Source of the DNA: Gemmatimonadota bacterium
GTDB taxonomy: Bacteria; Gemmatimonadota; Gemmatimonadetes; Palauibacterales; Palauibacteraceae
Assembly: GCA_039588275.1 (NCBI GenBank)
Contig: JBDHAC010000013.1
Span: forward strand, 1 to 64,000
Direction: 5' to 3'
DNA: 64,000 nucleotides
Shown here: one piece after another, positions 49,018 through 59,159 of the stretch
How positions within the stretch are numbered: position 1 is the stretch's first letter
Layout of the letters: each line of letters begins with the position of its first letter
Translations under genes and position numbers: made by a program
Notes under the pieces: model-generated
The model's input: only the letters and a program-made list of their open reading frames with translations
The model's database searches: none
Told to the model about the DNA's origin: nothing

Positions 49018-50349
49018 CTAGAAGCGGCGACCTCCGCCCCCGCCACCTTCGAACCTGGGGTTCACGACGTTGTTGAAGATCGATCCGAACGTGTAGCTGA
49101 AGCCTACGGAGATATCGTACTCGAACCCGGTCTGCAGCTCGCGGATCTCGAGCAGGATCTCCTCCTGTGTGGCGTCGCCCACGGGCAGGTTGATCTGGTC
49201 ACGCACGCGCGCCAGCTCGCCCGACACATCGAGGGAGAGCCCCCGGATGAGACGTAAGCGAACGAACGCGCGTCCCTCGATTCTGTGCTGGTCGGGATCA
49301 TCCAGGAAGTGCGATGCCTGGAGCTCGCCCCCGGCCTCGCCCCACGGCTGCCGCACCGCGAGGGAAGCGCGGAGCGTCTGGTCGAATCGCTGCTCCGACG
49401 TCTCGCCGAAGAGCGTTACCTCGCGCCAATCGAAGCTGTTGAACCCCACCGTGTACAGCAGCGTGAACTGCTTGCGCTCGGAGTCTTCGTAGCGGAACAG
49501 GTTATACTCGAGGGCCGGCGCGATGCGGATGGCCAACTCGCGGTTCCGGAAGCTCGAGTGCTCGACCGTGCCCTCGACACCGGCCGACCAGTGCGCACCG
49601 AGGCTATGTACGACGAGCGTCTCGAACTCGTAGTCCCGCTCGATGCTCGTGACGGTCGTGGAGTCGTCCACCTCGAACTCCTCGCGGTCATACCGCCCGT
49701 CCACCGACATCTCGACCTTGAGACGCTCGGTGACGCGGTTGGCCGAAGCCGCGCCGAACAGCGAGATGGACTTCTGCCGATCCTCGCCCTCTAGCCCGGC
49801 TCGCATGCTGGTGCGGAAGACCCAGAAGTCCCAGCGATCATCCTCCGGGGTCGCCACCGCCTGTTCGAGGCCTCCCTCGTCCCCGACGACTCGCAGGCGG
49901 CCGGCCGTGCCGGTTCGGGCGGCGTAGCGCGCCAGACCCAGACCGATCGCGCGCGAGAGCGTTCCGAGCACCTCCTCGTCCGGGATCTGGGGCGGGGTGG
50001 AGACTTCCTGGCGGTCGTCCATGCCCTCGAGCTCGCCCAACCCGATGAAATCGAGGACGAAGTTCCTCCCGCCCGCTCCCGTCTGCTGCGAAGTCATCAG
50101 CACGTGCACCTGCGCATCCTGTCGGTCACGCACGTAGTTGATGAACGGGACTTCCCGGCGGAGGAAATCGAAATCGCAGAAGCGCCCCCTGCAATCGACG
50201 AACACGCGGAGAGCGCCGTTCGTCTCGGGCGTCTCGGCCTCCTGCCCGACGAGCGAGATGGGGAGCGTGATCAGGATCGATGCGAGGGCGGCGAGGCGCG
50301 GGAACCGCGCACCGCTCCGTCCGTTCCCGGGGCTTCGCATCGATCTCAT
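49018..50349 (-). CDS. Secreted probable outer-membrane beta-barrel protein
   Basis: Signal peptide, N-terminal VFVDCRGRFC domain, amphipathic beta strands, SYTFGSIFNNVVNPRF near the C-terminus. Start uncertain. Confidence 0.7.
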   Translation of the reverse strand: MRSMRSPGNGRSGARFPRLAALASILITLPISLVGQEAETPETNGALRVFVDCRGRFCDFDFLRREVPFINYVRDRQDAQVHVLMTSQQTGAGGRNFVLDFIGLGELEGMDDRQEVSTPPQIPDEEVLGTLSRAIGLGLARYAARTGTAGRLRVVGDEGGLEQAVATPEDDRWDFWVFRTSMRAGLEGEDRQKSISLFGAASANRVTERLKVEMSVDGRYDREEFEVDDSTTVTSIERDYEFETLVVHSLGAHWSAGVEGTVEHSSFRNRELAIRIAPALEYNLFRYEDSERKQFTLLYTVGFNSFDWREVTLFGETSEQRFDQTLRASLAVRQPWGEAGGELQASHFLDDPDQHRIEGRAFVRLRLIRGLSLDVSGELARVRDQINLPVGDATQEEILLEIRELQTGFEYDISVGFSYTFGSIFNNVVNPRFEGGGGGGRRF

Positions 50350-50498
50350 GGGCCTCGCGCGGCCTCCCGTACGTTCCTGTCTCGGCCAGCCCACCGCTGC
50401 GGCGGCCCGTGCGAGCACCGGGCGAGCTCCATTGGAGCCCGAGCGCCGTGCGTCCACATTCACATAACACTCTCCTCTGGGTGGACGATGGAGGACGG

Positions 50499-50546
50499 CG
50501 GCATTCGGGTGCGGGGCCGACGGCATTCGGGTGCGGGGCCGACGGC
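50499..50546. repeat. Perfect 22-bp tandem duplication
   Basis: CGGCATTCGGGTGCGGGGCCGA twice plus CGGC, in a divergent intergenic region. Confidence 0.85.
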
Positions 50547-50676
50547 TGCGGTGACAGGCGCCCTCCATTAGTTTCCGCGTTCAACGCCGTCGGACGGCTC
50601 CCAACGGAGACCGCTCCTCGTCTGTTGGAGTTCTGTGCGCCGAAGAGACTCCCAACTCATACGCAGTGGAGGCACG

Positions 50677-51723
50677 ATGCATCGTTCCAGCATGACGCCG
50701 CTTCTCATCCTCACCGCCTTGGGCCTCGGGGCCGCAAACGCCGTGGCGCAAGATCAGTCCCAGAACGTGAACGACCCGAAGCTCGACGAGTGGGAGGTCC
50801 CCTGGGCGGAGAGCCGGCCGCGAGACCCGTACGTCGGACCGGATGGGCGCGTCTGGTTCGTCGGGCAGCGGACCAGCTACGCCGCGGTGCTCGATCCCGA
50901 GACCGGAGATTTCAAGCAATGCGACCTGGATAACGCCGGCCCGCACAACCTGATCGTGGATGCCGACGGGACCGTCTACTATGCCGGAAACCGGGCCAGC
51001 CACATCGGGAAGCTCGACCCCGAGACGTGCGAGATCGAGAAGATCATGATGCCAGATGAGCGCGCCCGCGATCCGCATACGCTCGTCTGGGACGCGAGCG
51101 GCGACATCTGGTTTACGGTGCAGCAGGGGAACTTCATCGGCCATCTCACCAAGGCCACCGGCGACGTGAAGCTGATCGAGACACCCGAGGTCGAGGGCGG
51201 AAGGAGTAGCTCGAGCCGTCCCTACGGGATCAAGATGGACTCGAGGGACCGTCCATGGGTGGTGCTGTTCAACACGAACAAGATCGCGACCGTGGATCCG
51301 GAGACGTTCGAGTTGGAGACGTTCGACCTGCCTGCCGAGTCCGCACGGCCCCGCCGACTGGTGATCGATTCGAAGGACATCATCTGGTACGTGGACTATT
51401 CCAGGGGCTACCTGGGGAGCCTGAACCCCGAGACGGGAGAGGTCCGGGAGTGGCCGAACCCCGGCGGCGAGCAATCGCGGCCGTACGGCGTCGCGATCGA
51501 CGAGTACGACCGCGTGTGGTTCGTCGAAACCGGGGTCGACCCGAACACGTTCGTCGGGTTCGATACCGAGACCGAAGAGTTCATCAGCGTAGTCGAGGTC
51601 GAGAGCGGTGGCGGCGCCATCCGTCACATGTTCTACGACGAGAAGACGAAGTCGATCTGGTTCGGAACGGACACGAACACGGTCGGGCGGGCTGTCGTGC
51701 CCCCGAAGCGCACGACGAGCTGA
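50677..51723 (+). CDS. Secreted Vgb (virginiamycin B lyase)-like beta-propeller protein
   Basis: Signal peptide, repeats P.D..VGPDGRVWF / PH.L..D.DG.VY / RPYGI..D...W. Confidence 0.85.
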   Translation: MHRSSMTPLLILTALGLGAANAVAQDQSQNVNDPKLDEWEVPWAESRPRDPYVGPDGRVWFVGQRTSYAAVLDPETGDFKQCDLDNAGPHNLIVDADGTVYYAGNRASHIGKLDPETCEIEKIMMPDERARDPHTLVWDASGDIWFTVQQGNFIGHLTKATGDVKLIETPEVEGGRSSSSRPYGIKMDSRDRPWVVLFNTNKIATVDPETFELETFDLPAESARPRRLVIDSKDIIWYVDYSRGYLGSLNPETGEVREWPNPGGEQSRPYGVAIDEYDRVWFVETGVDPNTFVGFDTETEEFISVVEVESGGGAIRHMFYDEKTKSIWFGTDTNTVGRAVVPPKRTTS

Positions 51724-51746
51724 TTGGCGCCCAATTGATCGGACTC

Positions 51747-52394
51747 GTGAAGCGACGCGCCGTCGTCGGCCCGGCTCTCGTCGTGTCGCTCGGCGCGTCG
51801 CCATCTCTTTTGGCTCCACACATCGCCGGGCCGCCGGCGGCGCACACGGGGGGATTCGGCGAGCCCACCTGCCGGACCTGTCACCTCGGGCTGGCGTTGA
51901 ATGACCCGCGTGGCTCGCTGGACATCGAGGGACTGGACGAGAGCTACCTACCCGGCGCCGTCCACCGAGTCAGTATCACGGTCCGTGGCGAGGGCATGGG
52001 CAGCGCTGGATTCCAGGCCGCATTCCGTGTCCTGAAAGGAGACCGACCGGGCGCTACCGCGGGGCGCGTTATCGCCTTGGACGAGCACGCGCGCGTGGTT
52101 CGCGATCCGGCGACGGGCGTCGAGTACGTCCAGCATACGGGAGTGGGAACGGAGCTGGTGGATGGGATCGGACAGTGGGTCATCGAGTGGTTCGCTCCCG
52201 AGGACGACGTGACCGTGGTGCTGCACGTGGCTGCGAACTCCGCCAACGGTGACAATTCGCCGCTCGACGACCTCATCCTGACGGGATCCGTCCAGCTCCG
52301 ACCGACACACCGAGGATTGGGCGCAGCTCGTCCCACCGGTCTCATTGTCGCTGGAGTTCCCGGGCGGACTCCTCGTCACGTAACGATCCGCTAG
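51747..52394 (+). CDS. Secreted Reeler-like domain protein with a CxxCH motif
   Basis: GTG start and signal peptide, HTGGFGEPTCRTCH, Y.PG..H.V.I, GFQ, W..EW.AP, AANSANGD. Confidence 0.7.
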   Translation: MKRRAVVGPALVVSLGASPSLLAPHIAGPPAAHTGGFGEPTCRTCHLGLALNDPRGSLDIEGLDESYLPGAVHRVSITVRGEGMGSAGFQAAFRVLKGDRPGATAGRVIALDEHARVVRDPATGVEYVQHTGVGTELVDGIGQWVIEWFAPEDDVTVVLHVAANSANGDNSPLDDLILTGSVQLRPTHRGLGAARPTGLIVAGVPGRTPRHVTIR

Positions 52395-52455
52395 CGACCG
52401 CGTCGGCTCGCTTTCTCCGTCGAGCATCGACCACCACGAGGAGCCGAGTTTCGCC

Positions 52456-53268
52456 TCACCGGTCGAGGAACGCCTCCACGACCGCGAGCCATTCGGCCGG
52501 CCTCTCCAGGTGCGGCGCATGACCGGCGCCGGGGATGATCTCGAGGGTCGCGGCGGGCAGGGTGTCGGACATCCGGGCGCCCACCGCACGGTACTTCGAG
52601 TCGTCCGAGCCGACCACGACGAGGACAGGCACGCGGACCCGGTCCAACACGTCCCAGAACGAAGGTTGCGTACCGGTTCCGAGACCGCGGAGGCATGCGG
52701 CCAGCGCCTCCGGGCGGTTCGCGAGTCGGCGGCGACGGAGTGCGTCGCGGACCTCTCCCGGCAGCCGTCGATGGGTCTCGAACAGCGGAAGGTCCGTCCA
52801 GTACTCCACGAAGTCCTCGATTCCGTAGTCCTCAATGCGTCTCGCGAGCGTTTCGTCCGCTCGCCGCCGCGCCACGCGTTCGGATTCGGTCGCCAGACCC
52901 GGGGAGGCGCTCTCGAGCACGAGCCGGTCGACCAGCTCCGGGTGGAGAGCGGCCGCGCCCAGTGCGAGCCGTCCGCCCATCGAGTACCCCACCCAGGTCG
53001 CGCTCTCGATCCCGGTGGCACGCAGAAGGCCCGTGAGATGCTCGATAATCGCGCTCAGGGCGTACTGGTCGGGCCGCGCCGGCGCCCCGCTATGTCCGTG
53101 GCCGGGCAGGTCTACGGCCAGAACGCGGTGCCGAGCGGCGAGAGACCGGAGCGTTCCGGAACCCCAGCTGTCCGACGAGCCGGTGAACCCGTGCAGCATG
53201 AGGATCGCATCGCCTCTTCCACGATCGCGAAAGTGCAGACGGAGACCACCGCGAAGCTCGATGAACAC
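52456..53268 (-). CDS. Alpha/beta hydrolase, MenH (SHCHC synthase)-like
   Basis: LHGFTGS, DLPGHG, GYSMGGR, LESASPG, R..RRRADE, G..D.KY, AGH..H. Confidence 0.85.
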   Translation of the reverse strand: MFIELRGGLRLHFRDRGRGDAILMLHGFTGSSDSWGSGTLRSLAARHRVLAVDLPGHGHSGAPARPDQYALSAIIEHLTGLLRATGIESATWVGYSMGGRLALGAAALHPELVDRLVLESASPGLATESERVARRRADETLARRIEDYGIEDFVEYWTDLPLFETHRRLPGEVRDALRRRRLANRPEALAACLRGLGTGTQPSFWDVLDRVRVPVLVVVGSDDSKYRAVGARMSDTLPAATLEIIPGAGHAPHLERPAEWLAVVEAFLDR

Positions 53269-53457
53269 GATATGGCAGCTAGCAGGCCGGGGCTTCCGAG
53301 AACGTACGGGGCGGGCGCGCGGGCGCGAGGCGCGGGCCCGCCCCCCCTGGCAACCTGACCCCCCGAACAGAGGCTCGGCAAGCGTCACACTCCCGCCGTC
53401 CGAAGCGTTCTCTCCGGGGTAGGATGGCGGAAACGTACCGGACGGAGCAGCAAGAGG

Positions 53458-54774
53458 GTGCCTGCACATAGATCGGATCGACGGGTCGGAGAGGGGAGCC
53501 GCAAGCTGATGGTCGGGACCGCAACCGCGGTGATGCTGCTGGCCGCCACAGGTTGCCAGGATCCGGTCGGGCCGGGCGGCTCGGAACCGATTACCGAGCT
53601 GCCACGCGCGCTGACGATCGGGGAGCAAGAGGTGATCGGTGCCAGCAATCGCTTCGGGTTCTCGCTGCTTGGCGAGCTGCGCGACGCGGATCCCGACGAG
53701 AATCTCTTCTATTCGCCCCTGAGCGCCCATATAGCGCTCGGCATGGCCCTCACGGGGGCGCGCGACTCCACATACGACGCGATCGCGACCACGCTCGGGT
53801 TCGCACCGAACGGAGCGGTTCCTCCACTGACGGAGATCACCGACTCCTACGAGAGCCTGCCTGCTCTGTTACTCGGACTGGATCCGAAGATCGAGATCGG
53901 GATCGCGAACTCGGCGTGGTACGAGCAGGTGTTCCCGTTCCAGGCTGAATACCTCTCGACGGTCCAACAGGTGTTCGACGCCCGCGTAGAGGCTCTCGAC
54001 TTCGCGGATCCCGCTGCCGTCGGCACGATCAACTCGTGGGTGGATTCGGCCACCAACGGGCGGATCGACGAGATGCTCGATCAAATCGATCCCCTCGAAG
54101 TCCTGTTCCTGATCAACGCCATTTATTTCAAGGGGTCGTGGACGCACCGGTTCGATCGCGATGACACGCACGATGCGACCTTCCACCTGGCCGATGGGAG
54201 CACCAAGACCGTCCGCATGATGGCTCGCAGCGAAGGAGGATTCGGCCACAAGTGGCAGGAGAACGAGGAGATCATCGACCTGCCGTACGGAGGCGGCGCC
54301 TTCCGCATGACTATCGTGCTGCCCCGCCCCGACCGCTCGCTCGGCGACGTCATCGCCGGTCTCGACGCGGCACGGTGGGCTGCGTGGACCGACGACTTGC
54401 TCGAGAGGGATGTTCCGGTCCATCTGCCGCGCTTCACGCTCGAGTGGGAGAAGAGCCTGAACGATGTCCTGAAGGCGCTCGGGATGCAGATCGCCTTCAC
54501 GCCCGGGCGGGCCGACTTCGGCGGTATGCTCCAGGATGGCTTCGATCCCAAGGCGATGGGGACGGACCTGCATATCTCGCGCGTGAAACAGAAGAGCTTC
54601 GTGGACGTGAACGAGGAGGGCACCGAAGCGGCAGCGGCAACCAGCGTGGGAGTCGCCGTGACGTCCGCGCCGGTTCCCGTGATCGTAGACCGGCCCTTCC
54701 TGTTCGCGATCCGTGAGCGGTTGTCCGGCACCATCCTGTTCCTGGGAGTCATCCTGGATCCTCCCAGCAGCTAG
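53458..54774 (+). CDS. Serpin (serine protease inhibitor), lipoprotein
   Basis: NLFYSPLS, INAIYFKGSW, LPRFTLE, hinge VNEEGTEAAAAT, DRPFLFAI. LLAATGC lipobox. Confidence 0.95.
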   Translation: MPAHRSDRRVGEGSRKLMVGTATAVMLLAATGCQDPVGPGGSEPITELPRALTIGEQEVIGASNRFGFSLLGELRDADPDENLFYSPLSAHIALGMALTGARDSTYDAIATTLGFAPNGAVPPLTEITDSYESLPALLLGLDPKIEIGIANSAWYEQVFPFQAEYLSTVQQVFDARVEALDFADPAAVGTINSWVDSATNGRIDEMLDQIDPLEVLFLINAIYFKGSWTHRFDRDDTHDATFHLADGSTKTVRMMARSEGGFGHKWQENEEIIDLPYGGGAFRMTIVLPRPDRSLGDVIAGLDAARWAAWTDDLLERDVPVHLPRFTLEWEKSLNDVLKALGMQIAFTPGRADFGGMLQDGFDPKAMGTDLHISRVKQKSFVDVNEEGTEAAAATSVGVAVTSAPVPVIVDRPFLFAIRERLSGTILFLGVILDPPSS

Positions 54775-54783
54775 GACCCTCCG

Positions 54784-55272
54784 TTACCCGAGCTCCTTTG
54801 GGCGCCAAAGGCCCACGAGTCGACCGCGGGCGGACGGAACCTCCTCCCACTCGTCGACGTCGAGCTCGATGTGAGCCAGGGCCGCGGTGGGCATGCGTCT
54901 TTGCGCGCCGGTCACGACCGTGACCAGCGACTCGATCCCCGGGTTGTGCCCGACGACCATGATGCGCTCCCCATCACAGCCGGCCTCGCTCACGGCTTCC
55001 AGATACGTGTGCGGCCCCGCGCCGTACAGCGACGGCAAGTAGTCGATCGCAGGCGGCGAGTCGCATTCGTCCGCGACGAGCTCGGCGGTGCTGCGGGCGC
55101 GGACGGCCGTCGAGGACAGGATCAGGTCGGGAACCAGGTCCTGCTCGACGAGATGCCGGCCCATGCGAGGCGCGGCCCGCATCCCTCGCTTGTTGAGCGG
55201 TCGATCGTGGTCCGCGAGTTCGGAGTGGTCCCAGCTCGACTTGGCATGACGCAGGACGAGCAGCGTCTTCAT
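54784..55272 (-). CDS. Histidine phosphatase, SixA-like
   Basis: LRHAKS, D.DRPLN.RG, SSTAVRA, VGHNPG. Confidence 0.9.
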   Translation of the reverse strand: MKTLLVLRHAKSSWDHSELADHDRPLNKRGMRAAPRMGRHLVEQDLVPDLILSSTAVRARSTAELVADECDSPPAIDYLPSLYGAGPHTYLEAVSEAGCDGERIMVVGHNPGIESLVTVVTGAQRRMPTAALAHIELDVDEWEEVPSARGRLVGLWRPKELG

Positions 55273-55329
55273 ACGTTACTCTCGAATGCGGCGGCGGACC
55301 GCCCGGATTCCATGCGATGGGAGAGCGAC

Positions 55330-55812
55330 ATGGTGGACGCTGTCACGATCCGACCTCCGGAGTCATCCGACGCCACCCGAGTGGTAGCGATGGTGGAAGC
55401 CCTGAACCTATATGTCGGGGCCCCCTCGTGCGCGTTCACGGAGGAGCACTTCCTGCGGGACGGTCTCGGACCGTTCCGTGCGTTCGACGCGCTGGTCGCC
55501 GAGCTGGACGGGCGGCTCGTGGGCTTTGCGTTCTTCCTCCCGTCGTACGACACCGAATCCGCCGTGCGCGGAACCTATCTGCTCGACCTGTACGTCGATG
55601 ACAGCGTCAGGAAGCGTGGGATCGGGCGGGCGCTGCTCGCGGAGGTGGCCCGGGCCACGCGCGAAGCGGGCGGCAGCGTGGTCTGGTGGCTCGTGCACGA
55701 GCGCAACGAGGTCGCAGCCGGATTCTACCGGCGGGTCTCCGCCGAGGTGCCCGGTCTGACCGTGTGGGTGCTGCACGGGGAAGAGCTCGAGCGTCTCGCC
55801 GAGCATTCCTAG
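55330..55812 (+). CDS. GNAT N-acetyltransferase (SSAT-like)
   Basis: YLLDLYVDDSVRKRGIGRALL, N..A.GFY. Confidence 0.88.
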   Translation: MVDAVTIRPPESSDATRVVAMVEALNLYVGAPSCAFTEEHFLRDGLGPFRAFDALVAELDGRLVGFAFFLPSYDTESAVRGTYLLDLYVDDSVRKRGIGRALLAEVARATREAGGSVVWWLVHERNEVAAGFYRRVSAEVPGLTVWVLHGEELERLAEHS

Positions 55813-55840
55813 CAAGTAGCGGAAGAGCGCCGGTGGACTG

Positions 55841-58800
55841 CTACGGCTCGTTCGAGTAGCCGGGCGCGCGCACCACTTCGAGAGGGACCGAGAGCGACCG
55901 GTCTCCGACACTCATCACGACGGTGTAGTCGCCGGGCTCGGCGATCTCCTGGTCGCCGCCCCCAAACCCGCCGAAGCCCCCGAAGCCGGCTCCCCGGTCT
56001 CGCATCTCGCGGCGGATCTTCCGCTGCATGTCGCGGATCTCCGATTGGGACGGGCCCCCGGCCTGGCCTTGCTCGCCGGCGCGCGCACCGGGCCCTGCCG
56101 CGGGGCGGCCCTCGGCTTCCTGACGCTCGGCCCGGGGGCGCGGATACGTCTCGCCGGGGCGCTCACGGAATCCCCGTTGCGGCGTCCCGCTGCCACCGAA
56201 CCGCGCTCGGAAGCCGGCGGCCCCGGAGCTCATCTGTTCGACGGCGCGCTCGACCACATCGGGGTCGTCACCGGCGGCGATCAGCGAGTCCGCCACCTCG
56301 CGCGTCAGCTTCGCGTTCTCCACGCTGTCCCGGAGCTCGGACGGAGACTTCGGCTCCGGCTCGACCCGCAGGCGAAAGTCCCAGTAGACACGCCTGAGAC
56401 CGGACGCTAGGGCACCGGTGAACGTCTGCACCGTGTCACCGCCCGCGTCCAGGACCGCGAACTGCGCCTGCGGCAGGCCGGGTCTGCCCTGCCCGGGACC
56501 AACGGACTCCGATTCCTGCATTGCCCGCCGCGCGTCGCGCGCTTCCCGCGTCAGCGCGGTCGAGACTTCGCGCGGGATCCAGTACGTGAGCTCGGCGCCG
56601 TACCGGACGTTCTCGCCCTCGAACGTTCCGTGGCCGGTCGATTCACCACCGATCGGGGCGTCGCCGAACTGGAGCGCGGGCTTCGGCTCGAACAGCACGA
56701 CGTCCTCGGTCAGCTCGGCACCCGCGATCTGCTCGAGGGGCGCGATATCCACGATCCAAACCGAGCGTCCGTGCGTTCCGGCGATCAGCTCGCGCTCGCG
56801 CGGATGGATCTTGAGGTCGTGCACCGGCACGGTCGGTAACCCGCTCATGAATCGGCCCCAGCTCACGCCGCTATCGAGCGACATGTAAACGCCGACATCG
56901 GTACCGACGAACAGCAGGTTCGGATTGTGGGGATCCTCGCGAATCACGTGCACGTAGTCGGGCTTCCCGGTCGGGAGTCCGGCCGCGATGGAGCGGAACG
57001 ATTCGCCCCCATCGTTCGTCACGTACACGTAGGGGGTGAAGTCGTCGCTCCGATGCCCGTCGAACGACACGTAGAACGTGCTCGCGTCGTGGTGCGAGGG
57101 CTCGATCCGGCTCACCCACGTCCCTTCGGGCACGCCGTCGAATCGCTCCGTGAGCTCGGTCCAGCTCTCTCCGTCGTCCCGCGTCATCCACACGCGGCCG
57201 TCATCGGTGCCCGCGAACAACCAGCCCGCGCGGAGATAGGACTCGGCGAGCGCCGTGATCGTGGCATGCGTCTCGGCCCCGGTCGCGTCCCGCGTGATGC
57301 CACCCGTCGTCCCCGTGCCACCCGAGCTGATCGCGATCTTCTCCGGGTCCGCATACGTGAGATCGGGCGAGATGATCGTCAGGTCGTCCCCACGTTTCAC
57401 GGACTTGAGCACCTTGTTCGCACCGACGTACAGCACGTTCCGATCGTGGGGCGAGAGCACCATGGGTGTGCTCCAGTTGTACCGGAGCGAGTAGGCGGCC
57501 GAGTCGGCCGAGATGCGGGCTCTGAGCTCGTCCATGCGCGCCTGTTGCTCCTCGGAGGGCGAGTCACCGGCCTCGTCCTCCAGCAGCACCAGCTCATCTC
57601 GGAGGGGCTTGACCTCATCGCTCCAGCTCGGGCGTTCGAGGCTGCGGCGCGCACCGGTGGCGGTATTGATGCGAGACATCCGGCCGCCCTGGGACTCGGC
57701 GTACATCAGATCCGGGTCATCGGGATCCTGCGGCGCGTAGAACCCGTCGCCGCCGCTAACCGTAGCCCACATATGGTTGTCGATGTCGCCCTGGCGCCGC
57801 CGGCTCGGCCCGCACCAGGTGCCGTTGTCCTGCAGGCCGCCGCACACGCGGTACGGGATGTTCATGTTGTAGCTGACCGCGTAGAACTGGCCGAGCGCGA
57901 TCGGGTTCGGGAAGTCGTAATTCCCGCCCTTGTCCCAGGTGATCGCGAACCCGCCGTCGTTCCCCACGATGTAGTGGTCGGGGTTCTCCGCGTCCCACCA
58001 CAGGGCGTGATGGTCGACGTGGATGCCGAGCGTCGTCTGTCCGACCGTCTTCCCACCGTCCTTCGAGAACCGAACCGGTGTCGAGGACCAGATCACGTGA
58101 TCGGGATTCGAGGGATCGACGCGGACCTGTGAGTAATAGAACGGTCGCGTGTTCTCTCCGTTCATCCACGTCCACGTCCGGCCGCCGTCCTCGGATCGGT
58201 ACAGACCCGAGCCGTGCAGATCCTGGCACGACTCCGCGTCGGGATCTTCCGCGTCCGGATCTTCGGGGCACTCGGGCTCTTCGGCCTCGACGATCGCGTA
58301 CATCACGTCCGGGTTCGAGGGCGCGATGGCAATCCCGATGCGGCCTTTCAAGGTTGCAGGGAATCCGCCCCCGGTCACCTCGGTCCACGTGTCGCCGCCG
58401 TCCGTGGTCTTCCACAGGGCCGAGCCGGGACCGCCGCTGTTGAGGAACCAGGGACCGCGGACACGCTCCCAGCTCGAGGCGAACAGGGTATTCGGATCGT
58501 TCGGGTGCATGACGAGGTCCACGAACCCGGCCTTGTCGCTGATGTGATGGACGCGTTCCCAGGTCGTCCCCCCGTCCTGCGTGCGATACAGACCGCGCTC
58601 TTCGTTGGCTCCCCAGATGTGACCGAGCGCGGCGACGTAAACGAGATCCGGATTCGTGGGGTGAATGACGATGCGACCGATCGCCTGCGTTTCCTCGAGG
58701 CCCACGAGCTCCCAGGTCAGGCCCCCGTCTCTCGACTTGTATACGCCGCCACCGGGAGAGATCGAGTTACGTGAGTCCTCTTCGCCCGTGCCGGCCCATA

Positions 58801-59155
58801 CGATGTCCGGGTCGCTGGGTGCGACGGCGATGTCCCCCATCGCCGCGACCCGTTCCTCCGTGAACAACGGCCGAAACGTGGTTCCGTTGTTGGTGGTCTT
58901 CCATACGCCCGCCGTCGCGGCGGCCACGTAGAAGACCGGTGTCCCCGGCACCCCTTCGATGTCGGTGATGCGGCCCGACATGTTGGCGGGCCCGATCGAC
59001 CTCCACTGAAAGCCCTCGAGGAACGCCTCGTCCAGCTCGGCATCCTGAGCGACCATCGGATCCGGCTGCAGGCCGATCGTGGTCAGCGAAGCCGCGACGG
59101 CCAGGCGGGTGAGTGCGGCACGAGCATGGAACGGGACTCGGTCTCGACTCGACAT
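55841..59155 (-). CDS. Secreted VPS10/sortilin-like BNR beta-propeller protein (second paralog)
   Basis: WRSIGPANMSGRI, multiple S.DGG.TW Asp-boxes, GGLQDNG, GTHGRS. Confidence 0.9.
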   Translation of the reverse strand: MSSRDRVPFHARAALTRLAVAASLTTIGLQPDPMVAQDAELDEAFLEGFQWRSIGPANMSGRITDIEGVPGTPVFYVAAATAGVWKTTNNGTTFRPLFTEERVAAMGDIAVAPSDPDIVWAGTGEEDSRNSISPGGGVYKSRDGGLTWELVGLEETQAIGRIVIHPTNPDLVYVAALGHIWGANEERGLYRTQDGGTTWERVHHISDKAGFVDLVMHPNDPNTLFASSWERVRGPWFLNSGGPGSALWKTTDGGDTWTEVTGGGFPATLKGRIGIAIAPSNPDVMYAIVEAEEPECPEDPDAEDPDAESCQDLHGSGLYRSEDGGRTWTWMNGENTRPFYYSQVRVDPSNPDHVIWSSTPVRFSKDGGKTVGQTTLGIHVDHHALWWDAENPDHYIVGNDGGFAITWDKGGNYDFPNPIALGQFYAVSYNMNIPYRVCGGLQDNGTWCGPSRRRQGDIDNHMWATVSGGDGFYAPQDPDDPDLMYAESQGGRMSRINTATGARRSLERPSWSDEVKPLRDELVLLEDEAGDSPSEEQQARMDELRARISADSAAYSLRYNWSTPMVLSPHDRNVLYVGANKVLKSVKRGDDLTIISPDLTYADPEKIAISSGGTGTTGGITRDATGAETHATITALAESYLRAGWLFAGTDDGRVWMTRDDGESWTELTERFDGVPEGTWVSRIEPSHHDASTFYVSFDGHRSDDFTPYVYVTNDGGESFRSIAAGLPTGKPDYVHVIREDPHNPNLLFVGTDVGVYMSLDSGVSWGRFMSGLPTVPVHDLKIHPRERELIAGTHGRSVWIVDIAPLEQIAGAELTEDVVLFEPKPALQFGDAPIGGESTGHGTFEGENVRYGAELTYWIPREVSTALTREARDARRAMQESESVGPGQGRPGLPQAQFAVLDAGGDTVQTFTGALASGLRRVYWDFRLRVEPEPKSPSELRDSVENAKLTREVADSLIAAGDDPDVVERAVEQMSSGAAGFRARFGGSGTPQRGFRERPGETYPRPRAERQEAEGRPAAGPGARAGEQGQAGGPSQSEIRDMQRKIRREMRDRGAGFGGFGGFGGGDQEIAEPGDYTVVMSVGDRSLSVPLEVVRAPGYSNEP

Positions 59156-59159
59156 CGAA

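Noticed and set aside
50677..51723. Streptogramin B resistance gene
   Set aside because: Only fold-level similarity; it has a signal peptide and no mobile context.
52456..53268. Menaquinone biosynthesis cluster
   Set aside because: No other men genes are adjacent, so the menH symbol was withheld.
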